Assembly: GCF_006345805.1 (NCBI RefSeq) | Contig: NC_043010.1 | Location: forward strand, 4,588,001 to 4,652,000 | Direction: 5' to 3' | Source: Octopus sinensis | Taxonomy: Eukaryota | DNA length: 64,000 nucleotides | Shown: piece by piece, positions 49,865 through 61,016 of the stretch | Numbering within the stretch: position 1 is the stretch's first letter | Layout: every line of letters starts with the position of its first letter | Translations under genes and position numbers: made by a program | Notes under the pieces: model-generated | The model's database searches: none | The model's input: only the letters and a program-made list of their open reading frames with translations | Told to the model about the DNA's origin: nothing

Positions 49865-50464
49865 TAAATATATATATATTTGTGTGCGTGTATATATATA
49901 TGCATATATTAATATATGCATCAATATACACACATATATGTCTGCATATATAGATGTATGAATGTTTGCTTTCAGCAAGAAGTTATGCAGGAAAACAATT
50001 TAACATTAAATTGAAGGATTATTGAATATGTTCTGGTCGAGGACATATTTATTAATATTTACAAAAGAAAGGTTGACAGTGACTTTAAAGATGCAGTTTG
50101 CTCTCTGTCAGTGGCAAGCAAACCACAACATATATAGATATATATATACGTGTCTATGTTACATGTGTGTGTGTATGTGTGTGTGTGTTTGTGTGAGTGA
50201 GTGTTTGTGTGTGTTTGTGTGTGTTTGTGTTTGTGTGTATTATGATGAACAGTTAACATCCATTTCCTCAGTGGCCTTGGTTAGGTGATCCAATCTATAT
50301 ATATGTATATATATGAATGTGTGTGTGTGTGTGTGTGCGTGTGTATAAATGTATGTATGTGTGTGTATATATACATATACATATATATATATATATATAT
50401 CTTGCCATGAAAAGAATAGCATGCAGTTCAATGCTGAAAAGTTTCAAGCTTTATGCTATCAGCA

Positions 50465-50498
<34 letters not shown>

Positions 50499-50882
50499 TA
50501 TACATACATATACACATATACATGCACGTATATGCACACACACATATTTATGTGTGCATGTATGTATATGTGTCTATATGTGTATGTATGTATGTACGTA
50601 TGCATGTATGTTTTTATGTATGTATTTATGTATGTGTGTATGTATTTATATATGTACGCATGTACACGTATTATATGCCTCAATGTATATCCCAGTATTA
50701 TATTATGTTCTCTATTTACTTTAATGTAATCCTCATTTTCAGTTCATATTCTGCAAGCAATGTTCAAAGTAAATTCATTTGTGTAATTGTTTTCTCTTGT
50801 ACATCGCCAAGCTTAGACATTAAATAATTCTACTATCATGAAATGAAGGAATGTGCAGAATTGTTTTCAGGAAAAAAGTGCA

Positions 50883-50918
<36 letters not shown>

Positions 50919-51223
50919 AAAAATAATAAAAATGAATAAATGAATAAATAGAATCAGGCTGGATCTCTGGGCCACTCCTTCATATTTAGGTTATTATCTC
51001 TAGCTTTGAACAGAGCTGACAATCTGCTTAACAAATAATCTTTGATGTTTTTACACATTCTTTCTGTGAGCCTATTCCATTTATCTACTGTTCTCATCAA
51101 AAGACAGGAATTTAATTTACTGCAAACATTTTCCCTCTTTCCATCACTATCATCTCTCTCTTCTCTTCTATTTCTCAATCTCTTTATATATATATATATA
51201 TAATATATATATAATATATATAT

Positions 51224-51294
<71 letters not shown>

Positions 51295-52027
51295 ATATAT
51301 TTCATTCCTTTCAACATTTACCAATCTCTGCCTTTCTCTTTCTTTCACTCTCTCTCTTCCTCTCTTTCTCTTTTACCCTCTCTCTCTCTCTCCCCCTTTA
51401 TTATATACATTCTTTTATTCAAGGTGAGTATTATTTTTTTTCTTCTCTTTCTGACCATATTATTTAAATTAGAAACCAGTGAGATTTATTCTAAAGCATG
51501 CTGCCTCTAATTATATTCATGGCCTAAGAGGTCTGACATTGATCATTTTATAAGAAAAGTATATTTCAGAGAGTTAATATTAAGGCTTCAACAGTAATTT
51601 CATGTTTTTGCTGTTATGGTCACATGCTGTTTACAGACTCAGAGCAGCTCCTCCTTTCTTCTCCTTCTACTTAAGTTGTTCTCTCTATTCTGTTGAGCTC
51701 CATTTTTATTTCTCTTAATTTCTTTTTTTTATTTCTTTCTCGATGGAGGGTGGGGTCTGGGGGGGGGGGAGAATTGTACTTGTCTAGCAAATGATTTGAT
51801 CTGAGACCAGTCATGTGTTGGATGTAATTGCACAATTTTCCTTGATTATGTTGTTCGCCCATGGGACCAGCTTTACTTAGTTTCCTTGGTCCCCTGTCCT
51901 AACCATTCCTATTTTTGTTTGCCTTACAGCCTAATACTTTTAATACTTTAGAACTTACAAGTCAACAAGGCAAACCCTTTGCTAGTGGGTCTCTACCAGG
52001 ATCCATATGGCCCTTAGGGGTCCATAT

Positions 52028-52263
52028 TACTTTTTACTCTTTTACTCTTTTACTTGTTTCAGTCATTTGACTGTGGCCATGCTGGAGCACCGCCTTTAGT
52101 CAAGCAAATCGACCCCAGGACTTATTCTTTGTAAGCCTAGTACTTATTCTATAGGTCTATTTTGCCGAACCACTAAGTTACAGGGACATAAACACACCAG
52201 CATCAGCTGTCAAGTGATGTTGATGGGACAAACACAGACACCCAAACATATACACAGATACAT

Positions 52264-52298
<35 letters not shown>

Positions 52299-52474
52299 CA
52301 CATATATACGACGGGCTTCTTTCAGTTTCTGTCTACCAAATCCACTCACAAGGCTTTGGTCGGCCCGAGGTTATAGTAGAAGACACTTGCCCAAGTTGCC
52401 ACATAGTGGGACTCAACCCAGAACCACGTGGTTGGTAAGCAATCTACTTACCATGCAGCTACTCCTATGCCTAT
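52028..52474 (-). mobile_element. SINE family A, full length, inserted into an older MITE-like repeat (about 51982-52665)
   Basis: Complete SINE. The flanks GGGGGTCCATAT and AAGATTTTATTG...GTGGTCCATAG appear to read as one element. Confidence 0.85.
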
Positions 52475-53240
52475 AAGATTTTATTGTTAAAATTTATCCT
52501 CAATAAATTGGTTTATACTTCTACAGTGCACAAAATATCTTAATTATTTTTATTTGATTCTTAATAATATTTAATTATAAAAATATCTTAGGATTTTTTA
52601 AACTTTGAGTGTCTATGAGGGTCCACCCAAGTAAAACAGGAATCAAAGTGGTCCATAGAGTCTATGCAGCTAGTTGTCCTGCTAGATATAGCAGCCAAAG
52701 CATCTTCCAGTTACCTTTGAATTCTAATATTTATCCTTTTTCACTGCAGAGACCACATTCAAGTATATAGTTGTGACACCTGTTGTTCCAATTGATATAT
52801 GTTGCTTCATCTGATCCTAGAAGTCCATCATTCTTAACTGGATCCCAAAGGCACTAGCATAGCCGGGGGGGGGGCGTCTGCCCCAGGTGGCACTTTTGTG
52901 TCTGCTGTAGGAAATATGTGATTTTTTGTGGGGTCTAGCTGCACTAGTGCCTGAAGGTACTGTTTCCTACCATGAACATGCCAATCATCATCATCATCAT
53001 CGTTGTCATCATTGCTTCCACTGCTGCCATCATCATCATTATTATCATTCCCATTTTTCATGCTTGCACCCTACCTTTTACTAAGATCTTTCAAAGATGA
53101 AACACCTCAATGGCTGGACATGTTTTTGGAGAAGATTGTAAATGGATAATACATATTGTTTGTTTTTTGATGATGACATTTGTTTACAATTAATGCACAA
53201 TGTTAAGACAATAAGATGCAAACACACACACACACACGCA

Positions 53241-53273
<33 letters not shown>

Positions 53274-53716
53274 ACTTTCTCTCACACCCTTACGAACACA
53301 TGCATACATGCACACACTTACACATGCACATACACTCACACAAGCATGATGAGTTTCTATCACTTTTTCTCTACCAAATCCACTTACAAGTCTTCAGTTG
53401 GTCTGGAGCTATTGTAAAAGATACTTGTCCAAGATAACACATAATAAGACTGAGCCTAAAGCTATATAAATTGCAAAGCAAAACTTCTTAACAACTCAGT
53501 CATGCACCTTGGAAGCAGAAGTTTAACTCAGAATGCAAAGTGCCAGATCAGACATCCCATCCAATGCTCTGACACATCCATTAATTCATTCACCTGAACT
53601 TTATTTAGTAATTCTGAAATAAATGAAGGACAAAATTGACCTAGGTAGGATTTGAACCCAAAATATAGAAAATTAGAACAAATGTTGGTTTCAGATTTTA
53701 GGACAAGGCCAGCAGG

Positions 53717-53790
53717 AGAGGTTAAGTCAATTATATCAGAGAAGAGGTTAAGTCAATTATATCAGAGAAGAGGTTAAGTCAATTATATCA
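53717..53790. repeat. 26-bp tandem repeat, about 3 copies, within a SINE family B copy
   Basis: AGAGGTTAAGTCAATTATATCA at 53717, 53743 and 53769. Confidence 0.93.
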
Positions 53791-53932
53791 ACCCCAGTGT
53801 GTGACTGGCATTTCTTTTGTATACTCTGAAAGGAGGAAAGGCAAAGTTGACCATGGTGGAATTTGAACTCAGAATGTAAAGACAGATGAAATGCTGCTGG
53901 GCATTTTGTCCAGCATGCTAACAATTTTGAAT

Positions 53933-55135
53933 GGAGGACTGGGCATGCTGTGGCTGTTGATGAGCAGACATATGCTGAGGCAACATCTCCAGTGCTTCCT
54001 TGACAGTGGGCAGGTGTGGTTGTCATTTGTTAAACTTGCTCTTTTACAACTTGTCTCTTTGGCAAATACAGACAAAGGTAGGGTGCCTGGCAACCAAATA
54101 CAGACAAAGGTAGGGTGCCTGGCAACTAAATACAGACAAAGGTAGGGTGCCTGGCAACCAAATACAGACAAAGGTAGGGTGCCTGGCAACCAAATACAGA
54201 CAAAGGTAGGGTGCCTGGCAACTAGAGCGTCATCAGGCACTCACAGTCCTCTGTCAGTCAGGAAATGCAGTTGGTGGAAATCCACTCTAGCTTTCTATAG
54301 TGGGTTAGTGGTGGGCAAGTGTAATGATGTTCTTGGGGAGACTCTGAGTGTTGATGAGAATCAACTGGCTGATCTGTTTCAGAGGACTTTGGGATTGGGG
54401 CCCATGGATAACTTCCAGAAATCCTTGGCCTGGCAGTGCTACTGGGAGGCATTGCCAGTTCAAGGAAAATTCTGTAGGGATGGAAGTGCTGTCAGTCAGG
54501 TTTGCCCAAGATGCATTCAGAATGACAAAACTGCTCTGCATGTTCTTGTCCAGTGCCTCAGCATTGCTGACTTGTGGGTTTCTGCTGAACACATACTGTC
54601 ACATGTAGGATGGATCTGGCTATCAGCTGAGTTCATTGTGAAGATAATCCTGCCAACTTCCTTTGGTTGGGAAGAGCAGGTAGCGTTCCTTTGTCTAGTT
54701 TCCTTAACAAAAACAGTTATGTGGTGGACCATATTAAAAGGGCTTACAGATGCTTTCCTCTTTGGCCAAGTTCTCATCAACTTTTTCAAGCTTCACTTGG
54801 AAAGGAAAGTGAGGGTAGAGAGAGAAGAGCTGCCTCCAGCAATTTTGTTGAAAAGTGCATGAATGTGGAAAGAATGGTACAGGTGAATGGGCCTACTGTA
54901 AGCATATGCCTGTAGACGATGTAGACAGAGCACTTGCCCTAGTGGTCAGTCCCTCCATAGTTTTGTGGGATTTTCCACGAGCAGCCCTAGGTAGTCCTTC
55001 CCTTTTGGGGAATTATTCTTTGTTAGAATTTATATTTTTGAAAGTTTTTTCCCTTTTTTACATGCCTTTTATGTAATCCCACATTGTATTGTCTGTACCA
55101 TCCCCAACGTTTTCCTTTAACACTTAAATGGTTTG
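53933..55135 (+). pseudogene. Tx1/L1-clade LINE 3' part (post-RT GGLG motif, zf-RVT domain, 3' UTR)
   Basis: GGLGMLWLL..., then AWQCYWEALPV...CPRC...TALHVLVQC...LW, which fits the zf-RVT pattern. Interrupted by a tandem array. Confidence 0.8.
54063..54222. repeat. 32-bp tandem repeat, 5 copies
   Basis: CAAATACAGACAAAGGTAGGGTGCCTGGCAAC x5, with one C>T change. Confidence 0.97.
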
Positions 55136-55136
55136 T

Positions 55137-56170
55137 TATTATTATTATTTTAGCTTGGCTCAGGTTCAGTCTTATTCCTGGTAGAAATTATGTAAATAGT
55201 AGGTTACTACCTGTAACCTTAGGTATCCACAAGTTTTCAGCAGTCTTTCAAGTGCTTAGAACCCACCTGATAATTCTTGCTGTCCCCAAATGACAAACTT
55301 TCTGTAGGAGCTCCACCAGGCATTCTATTTCAATCTCCTTCAGCCATTTGTCTATATCTTTGCCTATTGTTCCCAATGCACCAATTGTTATAAGCACGAC
55401 CTTTACTATTTGCATGCTCCACATTCTTATTATTTCAAAATTTTAAGGGATTATATTTTTTCTTCCTCTTTCTTTACAATCCTGAAATCAAATGGGCGTG
55501 ATGGGTCGAAAAGTAAGCAACTTCACTTTTCTTTATCTATAATTGCTATGTCTGGTATATTATTTTCTAACTTTTTGTCTGCTTGAAAAGGCAAGTCCCA
55601 TAAAATCTTACATTTCTCCAACTCCAGTACTTTTTCAGTTCAATGATCGTACCATGTGTTCCCAGTGTATAACTTTTACAACTTGGTTGTGCCTCCATTT
55701 CTTATATTCTTCTTATGTTGACTTGAGGCATTCTGTCACAATATGTGCCACTGTCTAATTCCAAGTTCCACACGATCTACATTTTTCTGACATTCTCTTC
55801 ATATATATATTTACTCAAGATGCCTGTTCATATCGCTTGATCTTGGGCTGCTGCAAATAGGCTCTCTGTTTCTTTCTTTAGTTACCTCTTCTTTTTAACC
55901 AAGCCCAGGATTTTCTTCCACATACATCTTCAGCGACCTTCCAAAATTGACCATACAGAGGTTTTTCTTCAATCTGTCTGATGTGCTCTCTTTGTACTTC
56001 ATTCTTGTTCTTTTCTCCTATTATGTACTTCATCATCTGTTCTTTATTAACTGTTTTTTAGTAGTTTTTCTGTGCTGCTCTGTAAATAATCTACTAGACT
56101 TTTTCTTTCCATCAGTTCACATTCTTCTATTGCTATTAAGCTTTTTCCACCCTCGTCTCTCCTCTAGTAC
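55137..56170 (-). pseudogene. R4/Dong-clade non-LTR retrotransposon 3' part (CCHC finger plus restriction-like endonuclease) ending in (AAT)n
   Basis: Minus translation: KKETESLFAAAQDQA; KCRSCG..TVAHIVTEC..EYKKWRHNQV; KILWD...NIPDIAIID; IGALGTI; GTARIIRWVLST*. Multiple stops and frameshifts. Confidence 0.82.
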
Positions 56171-56221
56171 AGCCAGTTAATATCAGCCTTCAGATGGTGG
56201 GCTCTGTACATCTATTGCTGT

Positions 56222-56387
56222 GCTGATGGCACACAAAAAGCACTCAGCACACTCTGTAAAGTGGTTGGTGTTAGGAAAAGCATCCAGCTGTAGGAACCAT
56301 GCCACAACAAACAACTGAAGTCTTGACGGCTTCCCAGCTCCTGTCAAACCATCCAACCCATGCCAGCATGGAAAACAGACATTAGGC
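56222..56387 (+). mobile_element. RTE-tail-type short element, family C, diverged
   Basis: GTTAGGAAAAGCATCCAGCTGTAGG...CCATGCCAGCATGGAAAACAGACATT. Confidence 0.75.
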
Positions 56388-56423
56388 AATTATTATTACT
56401 GTTGTTGTTGTTGTTATTGTTAT

Positions 56424-56580
56424 TAAGGCATGAGCTGGCAGAACCATTAGCATGCCAGGCAAAATGCTTAGTGGCATTTCATCTGTCTCTAGATAGTGAG
56501 TTCAAATTCTGCTGAAGTTGACCTTGCCTTTCATCCTTTCAGGGTCAATAAATTAAGTACCAGTGAAACATTGCAGGCCT
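56424..56580 (+). mobile_element. SINE family B
   Basis: TAAGGCATGAGCTGGCAGAACC...GACCTTGCCTTTCATCCTTTCAGGGTCAATAAATTAAGTACCAG. Confidence 0.82.
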
Positions 56581-56687
56581 TATGTCTTTAGTAGAAAGGT
56601 TTATTATTATTGTTGTTGTTGCTGTTGTTGTTGTTGTTGTTATTATTATTATTATTATCATTATTATTATTATCATCATCATCATCA

Positions 56688-56757
<70 letters not shown>

Positions 56758-56768
56758 CATCATCATCA

Positions 56769-56825
<57 letters not shown>

Positions 56826-57019
56826 GCTTAGCTTTTGCTTTATATTTGTACACGTTGATTCCAAGTCTCACCCAGAGACCTCAGGAGGCAACAAGTTAGA
56901 AGTTCAAGCTGGTGTTATATAACTAGGCTGCCATATTTTTGGTTGTGCACAAAGTATTGTTCTCGGGAATGCCAGTCGAAACATAAGAAAATTAGAAGTT
57001 TGTTTTAAAAGTAATTTGA

Positions 57020-57143
57020 TTTGACTACTACTACTACTACCAGCACCAGCAGCAGCACCACCACCACCACTGCCACCACCACCACTGCCACCACCACCAC
57101 CACCACCACCACCACCACCACCACTACTACTACCACCACCACC

Positions 57144-57187
<44 letters not shown>

Positions 57188-57285
57188 CACCTCCACTACT
57201 ACTACTACTACCACCACACCACCACCATCTCCACCACTACCACTACTACTACTACTACTACTACCACCACACACCACCACCACCT

Positions 57286-57364
<79 letters not shown>

Positions 57365-57386
57365 CACACCACCACCACCTCCACCA

Positions 57387-57434
<48 letters not shown>

Positions 57435-57450
57435 TTATCATCATCATCAT
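57020..57450. repeat. (ACT)n/(ACC)n microsatellite
   Basis: Directly visible. Confidence 0.95.
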
Positions 57451-58968
57451 TCAGTTAGTCTAATAGCATACATTTGTGCAGCCGTTTATCTACACCAAAT
57501 TTTCCTGTCTGCTTATGTCTTTTGAAGTTTGTAGAGCCAATAGCCATTTAGAGACCCACTGCAATTGATTGACGAGAGAGAGAGAGAGAGAGAGAGAGAG
57601 CAATAGACCAAAATACAAGAGTGAAAGAAGACGGACTGCTGGGAAGGGTGATAGAAAAAGACAGAGGAGAGAGAAGGGGGGGGCTAAAAATGCACATCAA
57701 ACACATATTTAGTCTGGACGACCGGTCCTTTTCTTCTTCGTAGCAGTCTGTATTTTTATAATCTTTGTATTGGTAATGTAATAGGAAATAAGTGTTCTCC
57801 AGCTTGAACAAATTGATAGTTATCTACTTGTAAATCAAATGCTAGAATAGAATGACGAGGAAAAGAAAATGCTAAAGAGAAAGCCGTAGTAGAGACAATC
57901 ACCTGACCTTGAAATTGTTTGCTGCTAATCCTGATTTTGCTTACTACTAATCCTGATTTGTGCTCCAAGAATTATTGATATGAATTAATCAGTTAATGTT
58001 CAAATGTCAAATTCTTTAATCTTTCTAAATCTGATGTCATAATAAGAATTAAGCAGGAATGGATTGAATCTTTGACTAGCAGCAAAGAGTTTGCATCTAT
58101 TATGTAACTTCAAAATAGTATTTAACTGGAACATTATAAAATCTTCTTCTTCAAGCAGCCAAGATGCATTTCATTCACAATGCCACACCAGGTCTCTCTG
58201 TACCCCATCACCACCGTTAGGTTTTGGTAGGCCTTCATTTTCATGTTGTTGTGTCTCTGTCACTAATATTAATATAGTTGAAATGTAGTTGAGTGGTTTC
58301 CTTCCCCTATTAGGGTGAAAAAAATCACCAATGTATAACATTGGATATGGTCTTTTGTTTTGCATGATAGTAGTGGCTGCTATGATTGTGGCTAATAAAT
58401 CCTACCAGAAACCACTTGAATTGTAGACTAGAAGGTAAGAAATCACTTCTATAATTTATAATGGCATGATTAAGAGCTAACAAAGCCTGCTCAGTGACTC
58501 TGAAGTAGATGAATGATAAAGTTGGCCTTGGTAGGATTTTGAACTGAAAATGTAGAGTGTTGGAGCAAATATTGGTTTCAAATTTTGGCACAGGATGAGC
58601 AATTTTGGGGGGAAGGTAAGTCAATCACAACAGCCCCAGTGTTCGACTGGTACTTAATTTATTGTCCCTGACAGGATGAAAGCCAATGTCGACCTTGCTG
58701 GAATTTGGAAGCAGAACATAAAGACAGGAGATGACACTAAGCATTCTGCCCTGTGTGCAAAGAATTCTGCTAGCTCACCACCTTTGAGCTGGAACAAATT
58801 TTGAACTACTTCTTATATGACATTTCATTGATGGGCAGAATGTGACATAATTCTCTCTTTTGGTCTACTGCTTGTGTCATGTGGTATCTTGTGACCTCAT
58901 AAGAAAACTAGTGTAAGTACCAGAAATGGGATCTTGAAGATTCTTCTTTGCAGTCTAGGTTTCAGCTC

Positions 58969-59141
58969 CATCATCATCATCGTTTAACGTCCGCTTTCCA
59001 TGCTAGCATGGGTTGGACGATTTTGACTGAGGGCTGGTGAACCAGATGGCTGCACCAGGTTCCAATCTTGATCTGGCAGAGTTTCTACAGCTGGATGCCC
59101 TTCCTAACGCCAACCACTCCGGAAGTGTAGTGGGTGCTTTT
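58969..59141 (-). mobile_element. RTE-tail-type short element, family C
   Basis: Reverse complement of the family C motifs. Confidence 0.85.
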
Positions 59142-59600
59142 TAAAGCCAGTCTCATTGACTCTATTGATAATGAAATATCCATCAGCACAGACTGTAAGC
59201 CAATGGTTAAAACTTCTAACACACACAGAAAATATTTTCTCCCGCAGATAATTTTCAATGAGTGAAATAAAATACATGAAAAATAAAACATAATTCAGTT
59301 TTCTGTTCAATTAATTTATTCCAATTTAAAAAACAAATATATAATCATTTATTCATATTTATATTTATTCATATTTATATTTATTCATATTTATTTATTC
59401 ATTTATTTTATATTACTGTTGGTAAACAATAGCATTGAGAGTGACAAGGGAGTGTTTTATTTGATACTAAACAAATATCTTTTAAGATATCATTTGTAAA
59501 GTACTTTTTATTCATTTTTCTTGCCATTCTTCACATTTTTTTCTTATATATACATACAAACATATACAGTATATAGACTCACACAGGCATATCCCAGCTG

Positions 59601-59634
<34 letters not shown>

Positions 59635-59710
59635 GTATACTCACACACAGACAGACAGACCACACACACACACACACACACAACACACACACACACACGC
59701 ATATATATAC

Positions 59711-59930
59711 ATGAGGAAATGCAGAAAAGTTACTAGCTTTAAGGATATTGTGAAAGGCCTGGTTGGAAGCCCAATCTTCCCAATTCATTTACAGAGCTTA
59801 CAAAAACTGAAGGATCACTGCAATATGTGTGTGAATCTGGGAAAGGAATATGGTTTTAAAAAATCATAATTAACTGATGTTCCTGTATTTTCTTTTAACC
59901 AAAGCCAAGAACTTTTCAGCACCCCCTCAC
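59711..59930 (+). mobile_element. 220-bp mariner-derived MITE with both TIRs
   Basis: 5' ATGAGGAAATGCAGAAAAGTT vs reverse complement of the 3' end GTGAGGGGGTGCTGAAAAGTT (16/21). The interior is the transposase C-terminus. Confidence 0.72.
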
Positions 59931-59940
59931 ACACACACAC

Positions 59941-59971
<31 letters not shown>

Positions 59972-60009
59972 CTGTTTGTGTGTATGTGTACACATGCTCA
60001 CATACATCA

Positions 60010-60205
60010 CATATCCCAGCTGAAATATACGAGGTAGAAGGACCAATCTTGGCACAGAAGCTCACCAATCTCTTTCAGACCATGTGGCAACAGAAAGTTG
60101 TTCCTCAAGAGCATAAGGACCACTTCTGTTGTCCCTCTCTACAAGAGAAAGGGAGGGAGAGAGGCAGTCCCGTGGCAACCACCACCAAGGAATTTCTCTC
60201 TTTAT
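60010..60205 (+). pseudogene. RTE (BovB-like) reverse transcriptase fragment
   Basis: IPAEIYEVEGPILAQKLTNLFQTMWQQKVVPQEHKD, then after a frameshift VPLYKRKG. Resembles the RTE N-terminal RT region. Confidence 0.78.
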
Positions 60206-60650
60206 ATATATACATTCACACACACACACATACACACACACTTATACATTATATGCGTATATAATGAGATTCTGCAGATTTTCACTCTATTAAATTCCAC
60301 TCAGAAGTAAACTCATGGTCACAAAGGAAGAATGTTGTCCAAGGTACCATGTGACAGAATCAAACAAGGATCAAATAATAATGGAGTACACATTTTAACC
60401 ACACTGTCATGCAAAATATAGCTTACAAAATTTGTTTTCCCCATTGATTAATATGGGAGCTTCACACATGTGGGATGTAGAGTCATTTAACAAAATCAAT
60501 AGCTTCCAGCTTGATTTTTGTAATTATTTATTTCTTTTACTGCTGCTGTTGATGTTGCTGTTGTTGTTTAGCCACAGGTTGGCTCTGAATGAGCTGACAT
60601 ATGATCAAAAGCACTGTAACCATTACCGACTTCTTTGTTTTTTTTTTTTA

Positions 60651-61016
60651 GGGACAATATGTAACATGCCCTTCCTTTTATAAGAAAACAGTGAGTGATT
60701 TGAGGATGATTCGGTTAATATTTCTAGCAGATTGAGTGACCACATAGAGGCTCTGTATTTCTGATGTCTTTAGGGACAATTTGTAACATGCCCTTCCTTT
60801 TATAAGAAAACAGTGAGTGATCTGAGGGTGATTCGGTTAATATTTCTAGCAGATTGAGTGACCACATAGAGACTCTGCATTTCTGATGTCTTTAGGGACA
60901 ATTTGTAACATGCCCTTCCTTTTATAAGAAAACAGTGAGTGATTTGAGGGTGATTTGGTTAATATTTCTAGCAGATTGAGTGACCACATAGAGGCTCTGT
61001 ATTTCTGATGTCTTTA
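60651..61016. repeat. 122-bp tandem repeat, 3 copies
   Basis: GGGACAAT at 60651, 60773 and 60895; units nearly identical. Confidence 0.95.

Noticed and set aside
52875-52895. GCCCCAGGTGGCAC CTCF-like motif
   Set aside because: Two mismatches in the 5' core, and it lies in a GC-rich patch that looks transposon-derived.
54063-54222. CRISPR-like appearance of the 32-bp repeats
   Set aside because: No spacers, eukaryotic context, no cas genes.
57925-57959. Twin CTAATCCTGATTT direct repeats (TAATCC homeodomain sites)
   Set aside because: A short local duplication explains it equally well; no supporting evidence.
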